This document shows, piece after piece, positions 39,255 to 48,149 of a stretch of DNA of 64,000 bases. The position numbers and the translations under genes were made by a program. Each line of letters starts with the position of its first letter. The stretch's first letter is position 1. Source of the stretch: Mariniblastus sp. (GTDB taxonomy: Bacteria; Planctomycetota; Planctomycetia; Pirellulales; Pirellulaceae); the NCBI GenBank assembly GCA_045105295.1, contig JBGCDK010000105.1, forward strand, positions 3,445 to 67,444, in the 5' to 3' direction. The notes beneath the pieces were generated by a model, which was given only the letters and a program-made list of their open reading frames with translations, ran no database searches and was not told where the DNA came from.

Positions 39255-40748
39255 CTATAAAGACAGTTTGAAGCGCGACAATCGGAATCCGATTTGCAAT
39301 TGCCGCTGATCGTTAAGTTCGAATTTGAAAAGTGTTAGGAGTGGGAAAGCCAACATCAACGACAGTCGCACAATGAATGTCCAATCCCAGATTTGGCTGG
39401 GGAGGAAAAGCACAGAGCATGCAATGGCTGCCGAAAGGAGCAGGATCAAACCGTTGGTTCGAGTCTGCCAATGGATTTCTTTTTGAAACGACACCAGAAC
39501 AAACATCGTAGTTGCCATGCAGACATAAGTAATTACTGTCGCGATGGCAGAGCCCATGATTCCCAATTGGGGAATTAAACAAAGGTTACAACCGATGTTA
39601 ACCGCAAAACCGAAACCGGAAGCCATCGCAATCAAGCCTGTTCGTCGCTGGTATAAAAGCGGCTGGTTGAAAGCCATGAATCCTGAGAGAGCCACAATGC
39701 CGACCAGAACGACTCGGAAAACGTGGATCGAATCGGTGTAGTCTTTTCCTGTGCCCATTTTGATCAGACTCAGCAATTCTGGAATGAATAGTATCCCCGC
39801 TGTTGCAGTGAAAAGGATCAAGTAGAAGTAGATCGTCGCAAATTTTCCATACTGCTGACCAGCATCGGGTTCGTCGGCCGTTCGAAAGTATCGAGGCATC
39901 CACGCAGCACGAATTCCCATGATCACGATTGAAAGAAATCCAGCCAGCGAATACCCGATCTCATACACACCCAGTTCTGATTTTGTTACATATTCCTGAA
40001 GCATCAATCGGTCGGCGCTCATCACCGCCCACATGAAAAATGCGTGAGGAAGAGTCGGCCAGCAATAGAATCCAATCTCGCGCCAGTTGAAACCAGCAAT
40101 AGTTGGCAGCGAGCGGCGAAAGAGCAGTACACCACTGATTACCGTCCATCCAGCGAACGAAATCGTTTCGCCTATGATGGCTCCAAATAAGCCCCACTTG
40201 CACCAGGATACGAGATAGATGACCAGCAAGGTTGTGGTGAGGAATTGTAAAAACGTAAACGCGCGGTATTTGAAGGGCTCTTCACGAATGTTCAGCCAGG
40301 ATTCAACGATGTTCGTGCCGCCACGTAAGAATCCAGTTGTAATCGCACAGGCAATTAAGCCAAACGAAATCGGATTGGATGACCATTGTTGCAATCCGTA
40401 ACCAGCCAGTAACAACAGTCCGAACAATGGCAGCCCTGCCAACATCCGCCCGACCCAAAACGTCGTAACGAGGGAGTCACCGTTTTCACCGTATTGATTG
40501 TGGAATCGCCGGGTCGCGAATCCCAAGCCGAACGTCAGCAGTGTAAAACTGGCGATCGATATCGCTTGAAGGATTCCCCATTCGCCCATTTCGGGTTTTG
40601 TGAAAACTGCGATGTAGTACGGAATCAATACGATGCGAGCGCCTTTGGTCAGCAGATCGCCCAACGCATAGATCAGCGAACTGCCGAGAAAGCTTGGTCG
40701 TTTTTTCTTGGGTTTGATTTCGTTTGCACTTAGATCGTTGGAGCTCAT
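39255..40748 (-). CDS. wzx: Wzx-type oligosaccharide flippase
   Basis: About 14 TM helices; ADRLML....ELGVYEIGY pattern. Confidence 0.85.
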   Translation of the reverse strand: MSSNDLSANEIKPKKKRPSFLGSSLIYALGDLLTKGARIVLIPYYIAVFTKPEMGEWGILQAISIASFTLLTFGLGFATRRFHNQYGENGDSLVTTFWVGRMLAGLPLFGLLLLAGYGLQQWSSNPISFGLIACAITTGFLRGGTNIVESWLNIREEPFKYRAFTFLQFLTTTLLVIYLVSWCKWGLFGAIIGETISFAGWTVISGVLLFRRSLPTIAGFNWREIGFYCWPTLPHAFFMWAVMSADRLMLQEYVTKSELGVYEIGYSLAGFLSIVIMGIRAAWMPRYFRTADEPDAGQQYGKFATIYFYLILFTATAGILFIPELLSLIKMGTGKDYTDSIHVFRVVLVGIVALSGFMAFNQPLLYQRRTGLIAMASGFGFAVNIGCNLCLIPQLGIMGSAIATVITYVCMATTMFVLVSFQKEIHWQTRTNGLILLLSAAIACSVLFLPSQIWDWTFIVRLSLMLAFPLLTLFKFELNDQRQLQIGFRLSRFKLSL

Positions 40749-41398
40749 GGCGTTGTGCTCGACGAAGTTGATCCAGTCGAAGTCCGCTCCGTATCGGATG
40801 CGCCACCGATTCCCAGCACGCTAACAATTGTCAGCCAAATGAGTTTGACATCGAAAAGGACCGACGATTTTTCCACGTACTGTTTCGCAAGTTTGATTTT
40901 CGCTGGTGCGACTTCATTCAAGTAAGCAGCTTGCGGATCCGCGGCTTGCGCGAGAATGTCTTCCTCGTGCCGGAACGCAATCGAATCAAGCCCGGTGATC
41001 CCTGGCCTGACCGAAAGCATGACTTTGTAGTCTTCGCGGAAAATTTCAACGTACTTTGGAACTTCTGGACGTGGGCCGACGAAACTCATGTCACCGAATA
41101 GAACATTGAACAACTGCGGTAGTTCGTCCAGTTTCGTCTTTCGCATGATCCGACCGATTCCGGTAATTCTTGGATCGCGATCCACGGTGACTTGGGCTCC
41201 CAAGTTTGGTGCGTCGACAACCATGGAACGAAATTTGAAAATTCGAAAAGGCTTGAAATTCAACCCAACACGTTCTTGGCTGAAAATGACTGGGCCTTTG
41301 GAAGTCAGTTTGACAACGACGGCGCATATCAACATCGGTAGCAGGAAGATAGCAATCCCAACCAAAGCCAAACCAATGTCAAACAGCCGCTTGGTCAC
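40745..41398 (-). CDS. Initiating phosphoglycosyl transferase (bacterial sugar transferase)
   Basis: KRLFDI, FKFRSM, DPRITGIGRIMRKTKLDELPQL, VGPRPE, VRPGITG. Confidence 0.93.
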   Translation of the reverse strand: MTKRLFDIGLALVGIAIFLLPMLICAVVVKLTSKGPVIFSQERVGLNFKPFRIFKFRSMVVDAPNLGAQVTVDRDPRITGIGRIMRKTKLDELPQLFNVLFGDMSFVGPRPEVPKYVEIFREDYKVMLSVRPGITGLDSIAFRHEEDILAQAADPQAAYLNEVAPAKIKLAKQYVEKSSVLFDVKLIWLTIVSVLGIGGASDTERTSTGSTSSSTTP

Positions 41399-42570
41399 TT
41401 TTGGTTTGCCTCGCCAATGCGATTGACGTTACTGATCACGTAATTCATTTGCTCGTCGGTCATGCCGGGAAACAAGGGGACCGATATGATTTGCTCGTAA
41501 ATTCTACTAGCCGTTGGCATGCTTTCAAGTGTGTACCCGTATCGGTCTCGGTATAACGGGTGTAGGTGCAGCGGTGTGTAATGAACGCTCGTGCTGACGC
41601 CTGAAGCGTTTAGTTGCTCAATGAATTGCCCGCGATCAATGGTGAGGTTCTGCTGGTTAATCTTGATGACGAACAAATGCCATGAATGATCAACGTGAGG
41701 TTGGACTTCTAACGTGGTGACGAATGGTGATCCATCAAAGGCTTCGGTGTAAGCCAACGCGATCCGCTTTCTTTCAACGCAGAATTTTTCGGCTTGATGA
41801 AGCTGGCCAATTCCGATTGCAGCAGCAACATCGGAAAGGTTGTACTTGAAACCTGCTTCGAGGATTTCGTAGAACCATTTTCCATTTTTTGAAAACCGAT
41901 TCCATGCGCCGCGATCAAGCCCGTGCAGGCTCATGATTCGCATGCGGTTTGCAACCGCTTCGTCGTCTGTGGTGATCATTCCACCTTCGCCGGTCGTGAT
42001 CGTTTTGTTGGCGTAAAATGAGAAACAGCTGACGTTGCTCGATGATCCAATCGTTCGACCACGGTATTTTGCTGGGAACGCATGGGCGGCGTCTTCGACG
42101 ATTCCAAGGCCGTGCTGTTTTGCGACGGCTTCAATCTCGTCCATCTCACAAGGGTGACCTGCGTAGTGGACGGGCATGACGGCTTTTGTTTTTGAGGTAA
42201 TTTTCGCAATCATGTCATCGACGTCGATGTTGAAATCGCCTTCGCGGCAATCAACGAGAACAGGAGTTGCGCCAAGATGAATGACGACTTCTGCGGTGGC
42301 GGCAAACGTCAGCGTTGGGACTAGAACTTCATCGCCCGGTCCAACACCAAGTGCTTCTAATGCGAGGTGCAATCCCGCAGTGGCACTGTTGACCGCGATC
42401 GCGAATTTGGCTCCTACCATTTCGGCAAATTCTTGCTCGAACTGCTTGGCCTTTGGCCCCGAGGTGAGCCAGCCGGACTTAAGCGTTTCGATGACGCTGT
42501 CGATTTCTTCTTGTCCGATTTGGGCTTTGAAGAATGGAATTTCCATTTCGACGTTTGTTTTTTGGATCAT
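41395..42570 (-). CDS. DegT/DnrJ/EryC1/StrS aminotransferase
   Basis: SGWLTSGP, NSATAGLH, EDAAHA, SFYANKTITTGEGG, GFKYNLSD; start at MIQKTN chosen. Confidence 0.93.
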   Translation of the reverse strand: MIQKTNVEMEIPFFKAQIGQEEIDSVIETLKSGWLTSGPKAKQFEQEFAEMVGAKFAIAVNSATAGLHLALEALGVGPGDEVLVPTLTFAATAEVVIHLGATPVLVDCREGDFNIDVDDMIAKITSKTKAVMPVHYAGHPCEMDEIEAVAKQHGLGIVEDAAHAFPAKYRGRTIGSSSNVSCFSFYANKTITTGEGGMITTDDEAVANRMRIMSLHGLDRGAWNRFSKNGKWFYEILEAGFKYNLSDVAAAIGIGQLHQAEKFCVERKRIALAYTEAFDGSPFVTTLEVQPHVDHSWHLFVIKINQQNLTIDRGQFIEQLNASGVSTSVHYTPLHLHPLYRDRYGYTLESMPTASRIYEQIISVPLFPGMTDEQMNYVISNVNRIGEANQK

Positions 42571-42571
42571 T

Positions 42572-43504
42572 TCAAGACCACCATTCTCTAAGGTCGGGGA
42601 TTCTCGTTTTGAGCAATTCGATTTGGTTTTCAATTATCGAACGTGAGTCAGAATCGAGGAGATGCCGAATTCCTGGTTTCGCCGACGTGGCTGTTTCAGA
42701 TTTTTCGCCGCCTGCGTTGTTTTCACTATACAGCAAACGCTTAATTAATTTTGATTGGTGGAGCCGAGTAAGCAAACCGTTTGCGCCCATGCGACGTAGC
42801 AAAAATGAAGTGCTGGTGGCAGCTCTGGCAAGCAATTTTGATTTGGGTGTGATCGCTGAATTGATTACTTCTTCAGCGCCTTCGGGTTGATAGGTTGCGT
42901 CGACGCCAAGGAATTCAAAGACTTCCTCCAAGACTTGGGAATGTTCGTTGCTCAACCGTTCGACAACGAATAGGTAGATTTGGTCGGATGGGAAGAGTTC
43001 AAAGAACGGCTTTAGGCGGTCCTCGAGGCAAACGCTTTCGAGCAAAGTCGCATCGTCGCAAGTCGTAAGTTCGCCGCGTTTTTTTCGATGCGAGTAACCG
43101 GATCCCATGATTGGGCCAATTGGTTCGTTTAAGCAGTTTCCAATTTCGCCAATCTCAAGACCACGTCGGATTCCAAAAGAGTGAAATGATTTCAACAGGT
43201 CGAATGGATCGCGCACGTTGATGATCAATTTTAAATTGGGATCGTAGGCTTTGATGGCCGACGCAATTTCTGGCGAAAGGTAGTAGTTGGCTGAGAACTC
43301 GCCGATGGCTTTAGCGGCAGATTCATCGCTGGGTTGTTCGAACTGCGATTCGTACCAATCCTGACCGTTGGCCAAGTTTGTGTTGAAGTACTCAGTCTCT
43401 TTGACTTTCGACAGCGCGATCTCGGGGTGTGATTGCAAAAGTTGGAACAGCCAACTGGTCGCGCACCTCCCCGGTCCAATATTGATAAAAGTCGGTTTGG
43501 GCAT
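42572..43504 (-). CDS. PAPS-dependent sulfotransferase
   Basis: IGPGRCATSWL..LL.SHPEI, KETEYF, WYESQF, GEFSANY, RDP..LLKS. Confidence 0.85.
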   Translation of the reverse strand: MPKPTFINIGPGRCATSWLFQLLQSHPEIALSKVKETEYFNTNLANGQDWYESQFEQPSDESAAKAIGEFSANYYLSPEIASAIKAYDPNLKLIINVRDPFDLLKSFHSFGIRRGLEIGEIGNCLNEPIGPIMGSGYSHRKKRGELTTCDDATLLESVCLEDRLKPFFELFPSDQIYLFVVERLSNEHSQVLEEVFEFLGVDATYQPEGAEEVINSAITPKSKLLARAATSTSFLLRRMGANGLLTRLHQSKLIKRLLYSENNAGGEKSETATSAKPGIRHLLDSDSRSIIENQIELLKTRIPDLREWWS

Positions 43505-43514
43505 GTCTAAAAAC

Positions 43515-45446
43515 TCAAGTCGCGATCTTTACCGAACGATTTCCTTTTCGTTCTGGCGATTTGAATTCCGGGACGAGGCTCTCCAACGCCGTCATGATTT
43601 TTTCTGGTGAGGAGTAGGCCACGTCGCGCAACATCGAGACAGCGGAGTCCATTTCCTCAAGCGAGTAAAACCGATGGTATGCCGACAAGATTTTTTCGTG
43701 GCTGGTCGGAATCGATTGCTCTTCTTCGTAGTAAAGTTCTTCGTAGAGTTTCTCGCCTGGACGAGATCCAGTGTATTCGATGTCGATGGAATCAGCGGCC
43801 AATCCAGCCAGGCGAATCAGGTCTCGGGCCATGTCCTCGATTCGAACGGGTTCCCCCATTTCAAGCACAAAAATTTCGCTGCCTTTGCCCATCGACGCCG
43901 CCTGCAGCACCAATTGCGAAGCTTCAGGAATGGTCATGAAGAATCGAGTCATGCGAGGGTCAGTGATCGTAATAGGACCACCAGCTCGAATTTGCTCTTG
44001 GAACAATGGCACCACGCTTCCAGCAGATCCTAGAACGTTCCCGAAACGAGTCGTAATAAACTTGGTCTCAGAGACGGTTCCTTTGGCCAAGCAATATCGC
44101 TCAGCCAAGTGTTTCGTGCAGCCCATGACGCTGGTCGGATTGACGGCCTTGTCAGTTGAGATCAAAACAAATTTTTCGACACCAACTTGAGCCGCATTGT
44201 CCGCGAGGATTTTGGTTCCGCCGATATTATTAAGTACCGCTTCGCCAATGTTTTGCTCTGAAAGTGGAACGTGTTTGTGAGCCGCAGCATGAAAGACGAC
44301 TTGGGGGCGATAGGTCGAAAACAACTCTTCCATTCGTCGCTCATCTGTCATGCTCGCGATTCGTGGAGTGATTTTTAAACCAGGAGTTTGTTTTCGAAGC
44401 TCTCGTTCGATATGGAAAATTCTATTTTCGCCACGACCTAAAAGAATCAATTCCTCGGGTGCAAATTTTGCAAGCTGACGACAAAGTTCAGACCCAATGC
44501 TTCCGCCGGCTCCGGTGACCAAGACACGTTTGCCTCGAATCAAACTGGCGATCAAATCAAGATCCAGTCTTGCTGGCTCGCGACGCAAGAGGTCCTCGAA
44601 TTGGACTTCTCGGATTGGCATTTGATCATTACCGCGAAGCTGCTGCTCCAAGCCGGGAACGATTCGTACGTCGACTTCGGCTTCGGAAGCTGAGTCGAGC
44701 AACGCGCGAAGCTGTCTGGCTGGAACGGTTCCGTTTGCAAGGAACACAGTCTTGGCGCGATACGTTTTCGCGATTTCTTTCAAGTCTTCCAGCGAACCAA
44801 CTACGCGGAGGTCACTAAAACGACGGGTTTTGTCTAAACGTTTAGGCGAGACGAGTCCAACGATTCGGAATCCGAGACCTTGTTGAGAGTTGATTAAGTG
44901 CGCAAGTTTTGCTGACTCCATCTCTGCACCAATGATCAGGGCAGCATCGCGAGATTTTCTACCTCGATCCAATGGAGCAATTCTTTCGTCCCAAACGCGC
45001 CAGAATGATCGCAAGGTTCCCAGTGCAACAACACTGAGCACCCAATCGAAAACCAGTACCGATCGCGGAATTTGATAAGGCAATACGAAGTGGTCGATCG
45101 CAATGATCAACAACATCGATGCGGTCGAGGCTCGGATGAGCGAAATGAAATCGGAGAACGTTACGTAACGCCACCAGCCGTGAAAGTTTCTCAGGGCGTA
45201 ATAGACGCAGACCTTAACGCCGACAACTAGCGGCAGGCCCGCCCAGAATTTTTTCCAAACTTGGTCTACGTTGATTGGAAAGTCGACGTCTAATCGGATG
45301 AGGAAAGCGCCAAGGAATACGAGACCAAAGACGACCGCATGGCCAAGCACGAGAAGTGGCAAACGATGGTCTTTGGCGAAGTTAACTGTTTTGGTGAGAG
45401 TACTCTCACGAACCGGGTGATCGGTTGTGTTTAAGTCAGGATGCAT
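43515..45446 (-). CDS. Membrane-bound UDP-GlcNAc 4,6-dehydratase, CapD/PglF/WbpM-type
   Basis: N-terminal TM helices; TGAGGSIGSE, HAAAHKHVP, STDKAVNPTSVMG.TK, RFGNVLGSAGSV, RPGEKLYEEL. Confidence 0.93.
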   Translation of the reverse strand: MHPDLNTTDHPVRESTLTKTVNFAKDHRLPLLVLGHAVVFGLVFLGAFLIRLDVDFPINVDQVWKKFWAGLPLVVGVKVCVYYALRNFHGWWRYVTFSDFISLIRASTASMLLIIAIDHFVLPYQIPRSVLVFDWVLSVVALGTLRSFWRVWDERIAPLDRGRKSRDAALIIGAEMESAKLAHLINSQQGLGFRIVGLVSPKRLDKTRRFSDLRVVGSLEDLKEIAKTYRAKTVFLANGTVPARQLRALLDSASEAEVDVRIVPGLEQQLRGNDQMPIREVQFEDLLRREPARLDLDLIASLIRGKRVLVTGAGGSIGSELCRQLAKFAPEELILLGRGENRIFHIERELRKQTPGLKITPRIASMTDERRMEELFSTYRPQVVFHAAAHKHVPLSEQNIGEAVLNNIGGTKILADNAAQVGVEKFVLISTDKAVNPTSVMGCTKHLAERYCLAKGTVSETKFITTRFGNVLGSAGSVVPLFQEQIRAGGPITITDPRMTRFFMTIPEASQLVLQAASMGKGSEIFVLEMGEPVRIEDMARDLIRLAGLAADSIDIEYTGSRPGEKLYEELYYEEEQSIPTSHEKILSAYHRFYSLEEMDSAVSMLRDVAYSSPEKIMTALESLVPEFKSPERKGNRSVKIAT

Positions 45447-45693
45447 AACACGAGGAGGGAGGAGAGCTCGGATGAATTCTTGTCCCTAGTTATAGTTGGA
45501 ACTCCCCCCCAAAGCTAACGGGTAAAATGGTCTGGTGGACATTTTGTGCATTGCAATGACGGTAAATGTAGAAGAACTGTTAGCGTCCAATCATTCGTAA
45601 TTTCTACGCTAGCTCCCTTAGCTCAAATCTTTGTACTTCGATAAAACGGGTTACAACGCAAAATTTGGGCCCAAAAAAGTGCAATTGGGTATG

Positions 45694-45725
45694 CAAAAAA
45701 AGCACGCCCTTTTGAGACGTGCTTT
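45694..45725 (-). terminator. Rho-independent terminator after wza-like gene
   Basis: Minus strand AAAGCACGTCT-CAAAA-GGGCGTGCTTT followed by T-run. Confidence 0.75.
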
Positions 45726-45778
45726 CAAGCGTTTTAACTTTTTAGTGTCCCGAAACAATCTGGACAGTTGGGGAATGT

Positions 45779-47047
45779 CTAGTTGCGGAACAAGTTGAAG
45801 ATTCCACCAAACTGGAAGATTGAAGCGATCGAGTTGATCGCCAATTCGTTCTTGCGATACTCCAAAACAATCAAATCACCTGGTTGGATGATGACTCGTT
45901 CTGATGGGTTGGCCAAGGCGTAACGAAGGTCAACGTCGATTGCGACCTGCTCACAACCACACTTTCGAAGAACCGTAACCTGTGTTGCAGGCATGATGCT
46001 TCCGATTCCGCTGAACGAACCGTTGCCACTTGAACCAGCCGCTGCTGACACGCTTCCACCAGCCATCGACATGGCTTCAAGAACGTCGATGTCGTAGTCA
46101 CGTGGAAGTGGGAATCGTCCGCCATCAAGCAAACCACCGGTGTAGAACACGTCTCGCTCGCGGCCTTCGATGTAAACCACGTCGCCGTCTTCGAGTGTAA
46201 TGTCAGCTTCTGACAAAGTCGGGAACAGTCCGATTTCACCCTTGATCGGGATACGCACTATGTTGGCTTGGTCCATCGTTGTCGCCTGCATGTTGTCAGG
46301 TGAAGCTCCGATGGCTTGAACGATTGAACCCGCGTTTGGATTGTTCATTCCACCACGCAGCACGACGATTTCGTTCTTGGCTCGCTCGCTTGGCATTCCG
46401 CCCGTTTCACTCAAAGCGTGAAGGACATCATTTTCATAGGCGTCTAGCTCGATAGAGAATGATTCTGTTTGTTTTGACTCATCCAGGTAAACCTGATTCT
46501 TGTTCAAGTTGTTCTGAAGATTTTGGCTTCCGCCGCCGTCTTCACGAATAACGAGCACGTTGTACGTTCGTGGCTTCATCAACGTCACGAGCGTTTTTTC
46601 GGTGCCTTCCAAGAGGATTTTTTCCTTCTGGGTGTACGCAGCAACGATCTTACTTTCAGCTTCACCGATCGTTAAACCGGCAACGCGAACGGGAGCAATC
46701 AAAGGCAACGAGATGTAGCCGTCGTCACGAATTGGAACTGGGTAACCCAAAGCCGGTCGTCCACCTTGGGCGTCTGGGAAGTTCACAGGGATCGGCGTTT
46801 CTTTGTCCCCAGTGATGCCTTGGATGTAGATACCAAGGGTGTCGCCCTTGTCGAGAATGTACTCAGTTGGGGGCGTGCGACGGAGCGTCAGAAAGTTGAT
46901 CTGAGTTTCCGTGTCCGGCTTACAACAACTCGCATTGAGCACATCGCGGGCAGGTGTCAAGTTTGTAGGCCCATAGCTTTTACAGCCAACGAGACTTACT
47001 AAGCCTCCGATGAGCAGAAGGGTAGTCAGTTTAGGAACGTTCCGCAT
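45779..47047 (-). CDS. wza: Polysaccharide export (OPX/Wza-like) lipoprotein with SLBB domains
   Basis: LVGC lipobox; EYILDKGDTLGIYI, GYPVPIRDDGYISLPLI, SLBB repeats, C-terminal amphipathic helix. Confidence 0.85.
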   Translation of the reverse strand: MRNVPKLTTLLLIGGLVSLVGCKSYGPTNLTPARDVLNASCCKPDTETQINFLTLRRTPPTEYILDKGDTLGIYIQGITGDKETPIPVNFPDAQGGRPALGYPVPIRDDGYISLPLIAPVRVAGLTIGEAESKIVAAYTQKEKILLEGTEKTLVTLMKPRTYNVLVIREDGGGSQNLQNNLNKNQVYLDESKQTESFSIELDAYENDVLHALSETGGMPSERAKNEIVVLRGGMNNPNAGSIVQAIGASPDNMQATTMDQANIVRIPIKGEIGLFPTLSEADITLEDGDVVYIEGRERDVFYTGGLLDGGRFPLPRDYDIDVLEAMSMAGGSVSAAAGSSGNGSFSGIGSIMPATQVTVLRKCGCEQVAIDVDLRYALANPSERVIIQPGDLIVLEYRKNELAINSIASIFQFGGIFNLFRN

Positions 47048-47306
47048 TGTCCGATTCTCCAGAAAGTTTTGTCCGCACCTGTCTTACGAAAAGTGCAGGT
47101 CGTAACGCTTATTTCTGTAATTTCGGGTGTCTCCGTTTTAACCGTGAATCAGCCTCAATAACGTCGCGTTGTTCCGGTGAGTTGAAGTTTGCGGGTGAGC
47201 GAGACTCTTATGCTATCACGAGGGGGCTGCTAACTCGCGTACGAAATCGAGAACCCTCGTGCTGAAACGCAAAACGGTGGGCAAGATCACGACGAAAAGA
47301 GCGCAT

Positions 47307-47337
47307 AAAAAAAGCGTCCTTGGATGAAGGACGCTTT
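47307..47337 (-). terminator. Rho-independent terminator after the first Gly-rich paralogue
   Basis: AAAGCGTCCTT-GGATG-AAGGACGCTTT perfect 11-bp stem with A-tract. Confidence 0.85.
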
Positions 47338-47361
47338 CTCGTGATATGAGCTTTATCGAGA

Positions 47362-47961
47362 TTACTCAGCAGGACTTGCGTCGTCGCCACCCGTTGCGAT
47401 GGCTACAACACCACCGATGAGGCCAAGACGAAGCAGGCGTCGATTTCCTAGCAAGCCGCCTCCGCCGCCTCCAAATCCGCCGCCGCCAATTCCACCACCA
47501 CAGCTTGAGCAAGGTGCTGCTGAAAAATTGTCATAAGCTGCGCCAACGTTTGACTGCATTCCGAGGTTGCAAGTTGAGCAACCACCAGCTGAGAACGGTT
47601 GAACGTCGAATGAGTTTCCGCCAACGTAACCGTCAGCTGAGCCGAACATCTGATAAACACCAGGTTCAACGTTTGTGAAAGCGAACGAACCGTCTTCGTT
47701 TGCTTTGACACTGTCAATGACAACGCCGTTGTTGGAAAGTGTTACTCTCGCTTCGAGTGGCGTTTCTTTGCCTTCGATTTTCGTGAAAGCTTTACCGACC
47801 AATTGTCCGTCTTTGTCTATCTTTACTGACGTGACTTCTTTCTTGACAGTCTCTACAACGTCTTTGACAGGAGTTTGAGCAACTTTTGACTCTTGGGCGA
47901 ATGCTGTTGAGACAACAAATGCAGCTAGGCAAGCAAAAGAGACGAGTGTCTTACGAATCAT
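47362..47961 (-). CDS. Secreted carboxypeptidase-regulatory-like (prealbumin-fold) protein with Gly-rich C-terminal motif, paralogue 1
   Basis: Signal peptide AFA-Q; ARVTL..NG..I..VKANEDGSFAFTNVEPGVY; tail GGGLLGNRRLLRLGLIGGVVAIATGGDDASPAE. Confidence 0.8.
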   Translation of the reverse strand: MIRKTLVSFACLAAFVVSTAFAQESKVAQTPVKDVVETVKKEVTSVKIDKDGQLVGKAFTKIEGKETPLEARVTLSNNGVVIDSVKANEDGSFAFTNVEPGVYQMFGSADGYVGGNSFDVQPFSAGGCSTCNLGMQSNVGAAYDNFSAAPCSSCGGGIGGGGFGGGGGGLLGNRRLLRLGLIGGVVAIATGGDDASPAE

Positions 47962-48012
47962 GGTGTGAACCTCAGGAGTTTACGCTTGGTGTGTTTAGGG
48001 GTTAGGAAAAGT

Positions 48013-48033
48013 GAGGACCCAAATTGAGTCCTC
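48013..48033 (-). terminator. Hairpin between the two paralogues, possible terminator or processing site
   Basis: Minus strand GAGGACTC-AATTT-GGGTCCTC followed by ACTTTTCC. Confidence 0.4.
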
Positions 48034-48149
48034 CTCGTCGGCCCTATTCTACTTAGGGTACGCCCCTGGTCAACGTTCCATTTCACATTAGTGAAGAAAT
48101 AAACGTCTTAATGCGTAAAACCAGCAAAAACCACCATTTTTTCTTCTGA

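Noticed and set aside
47400-47460. NRRLLRL as a twin-arginine signal, given the nearby tatA genes
   Set aside because: Tat motifs are N-terminal and need S/T-R-R-x-F-L-K; this one is C-terminal and the proteins have ordinary Sec-type signals
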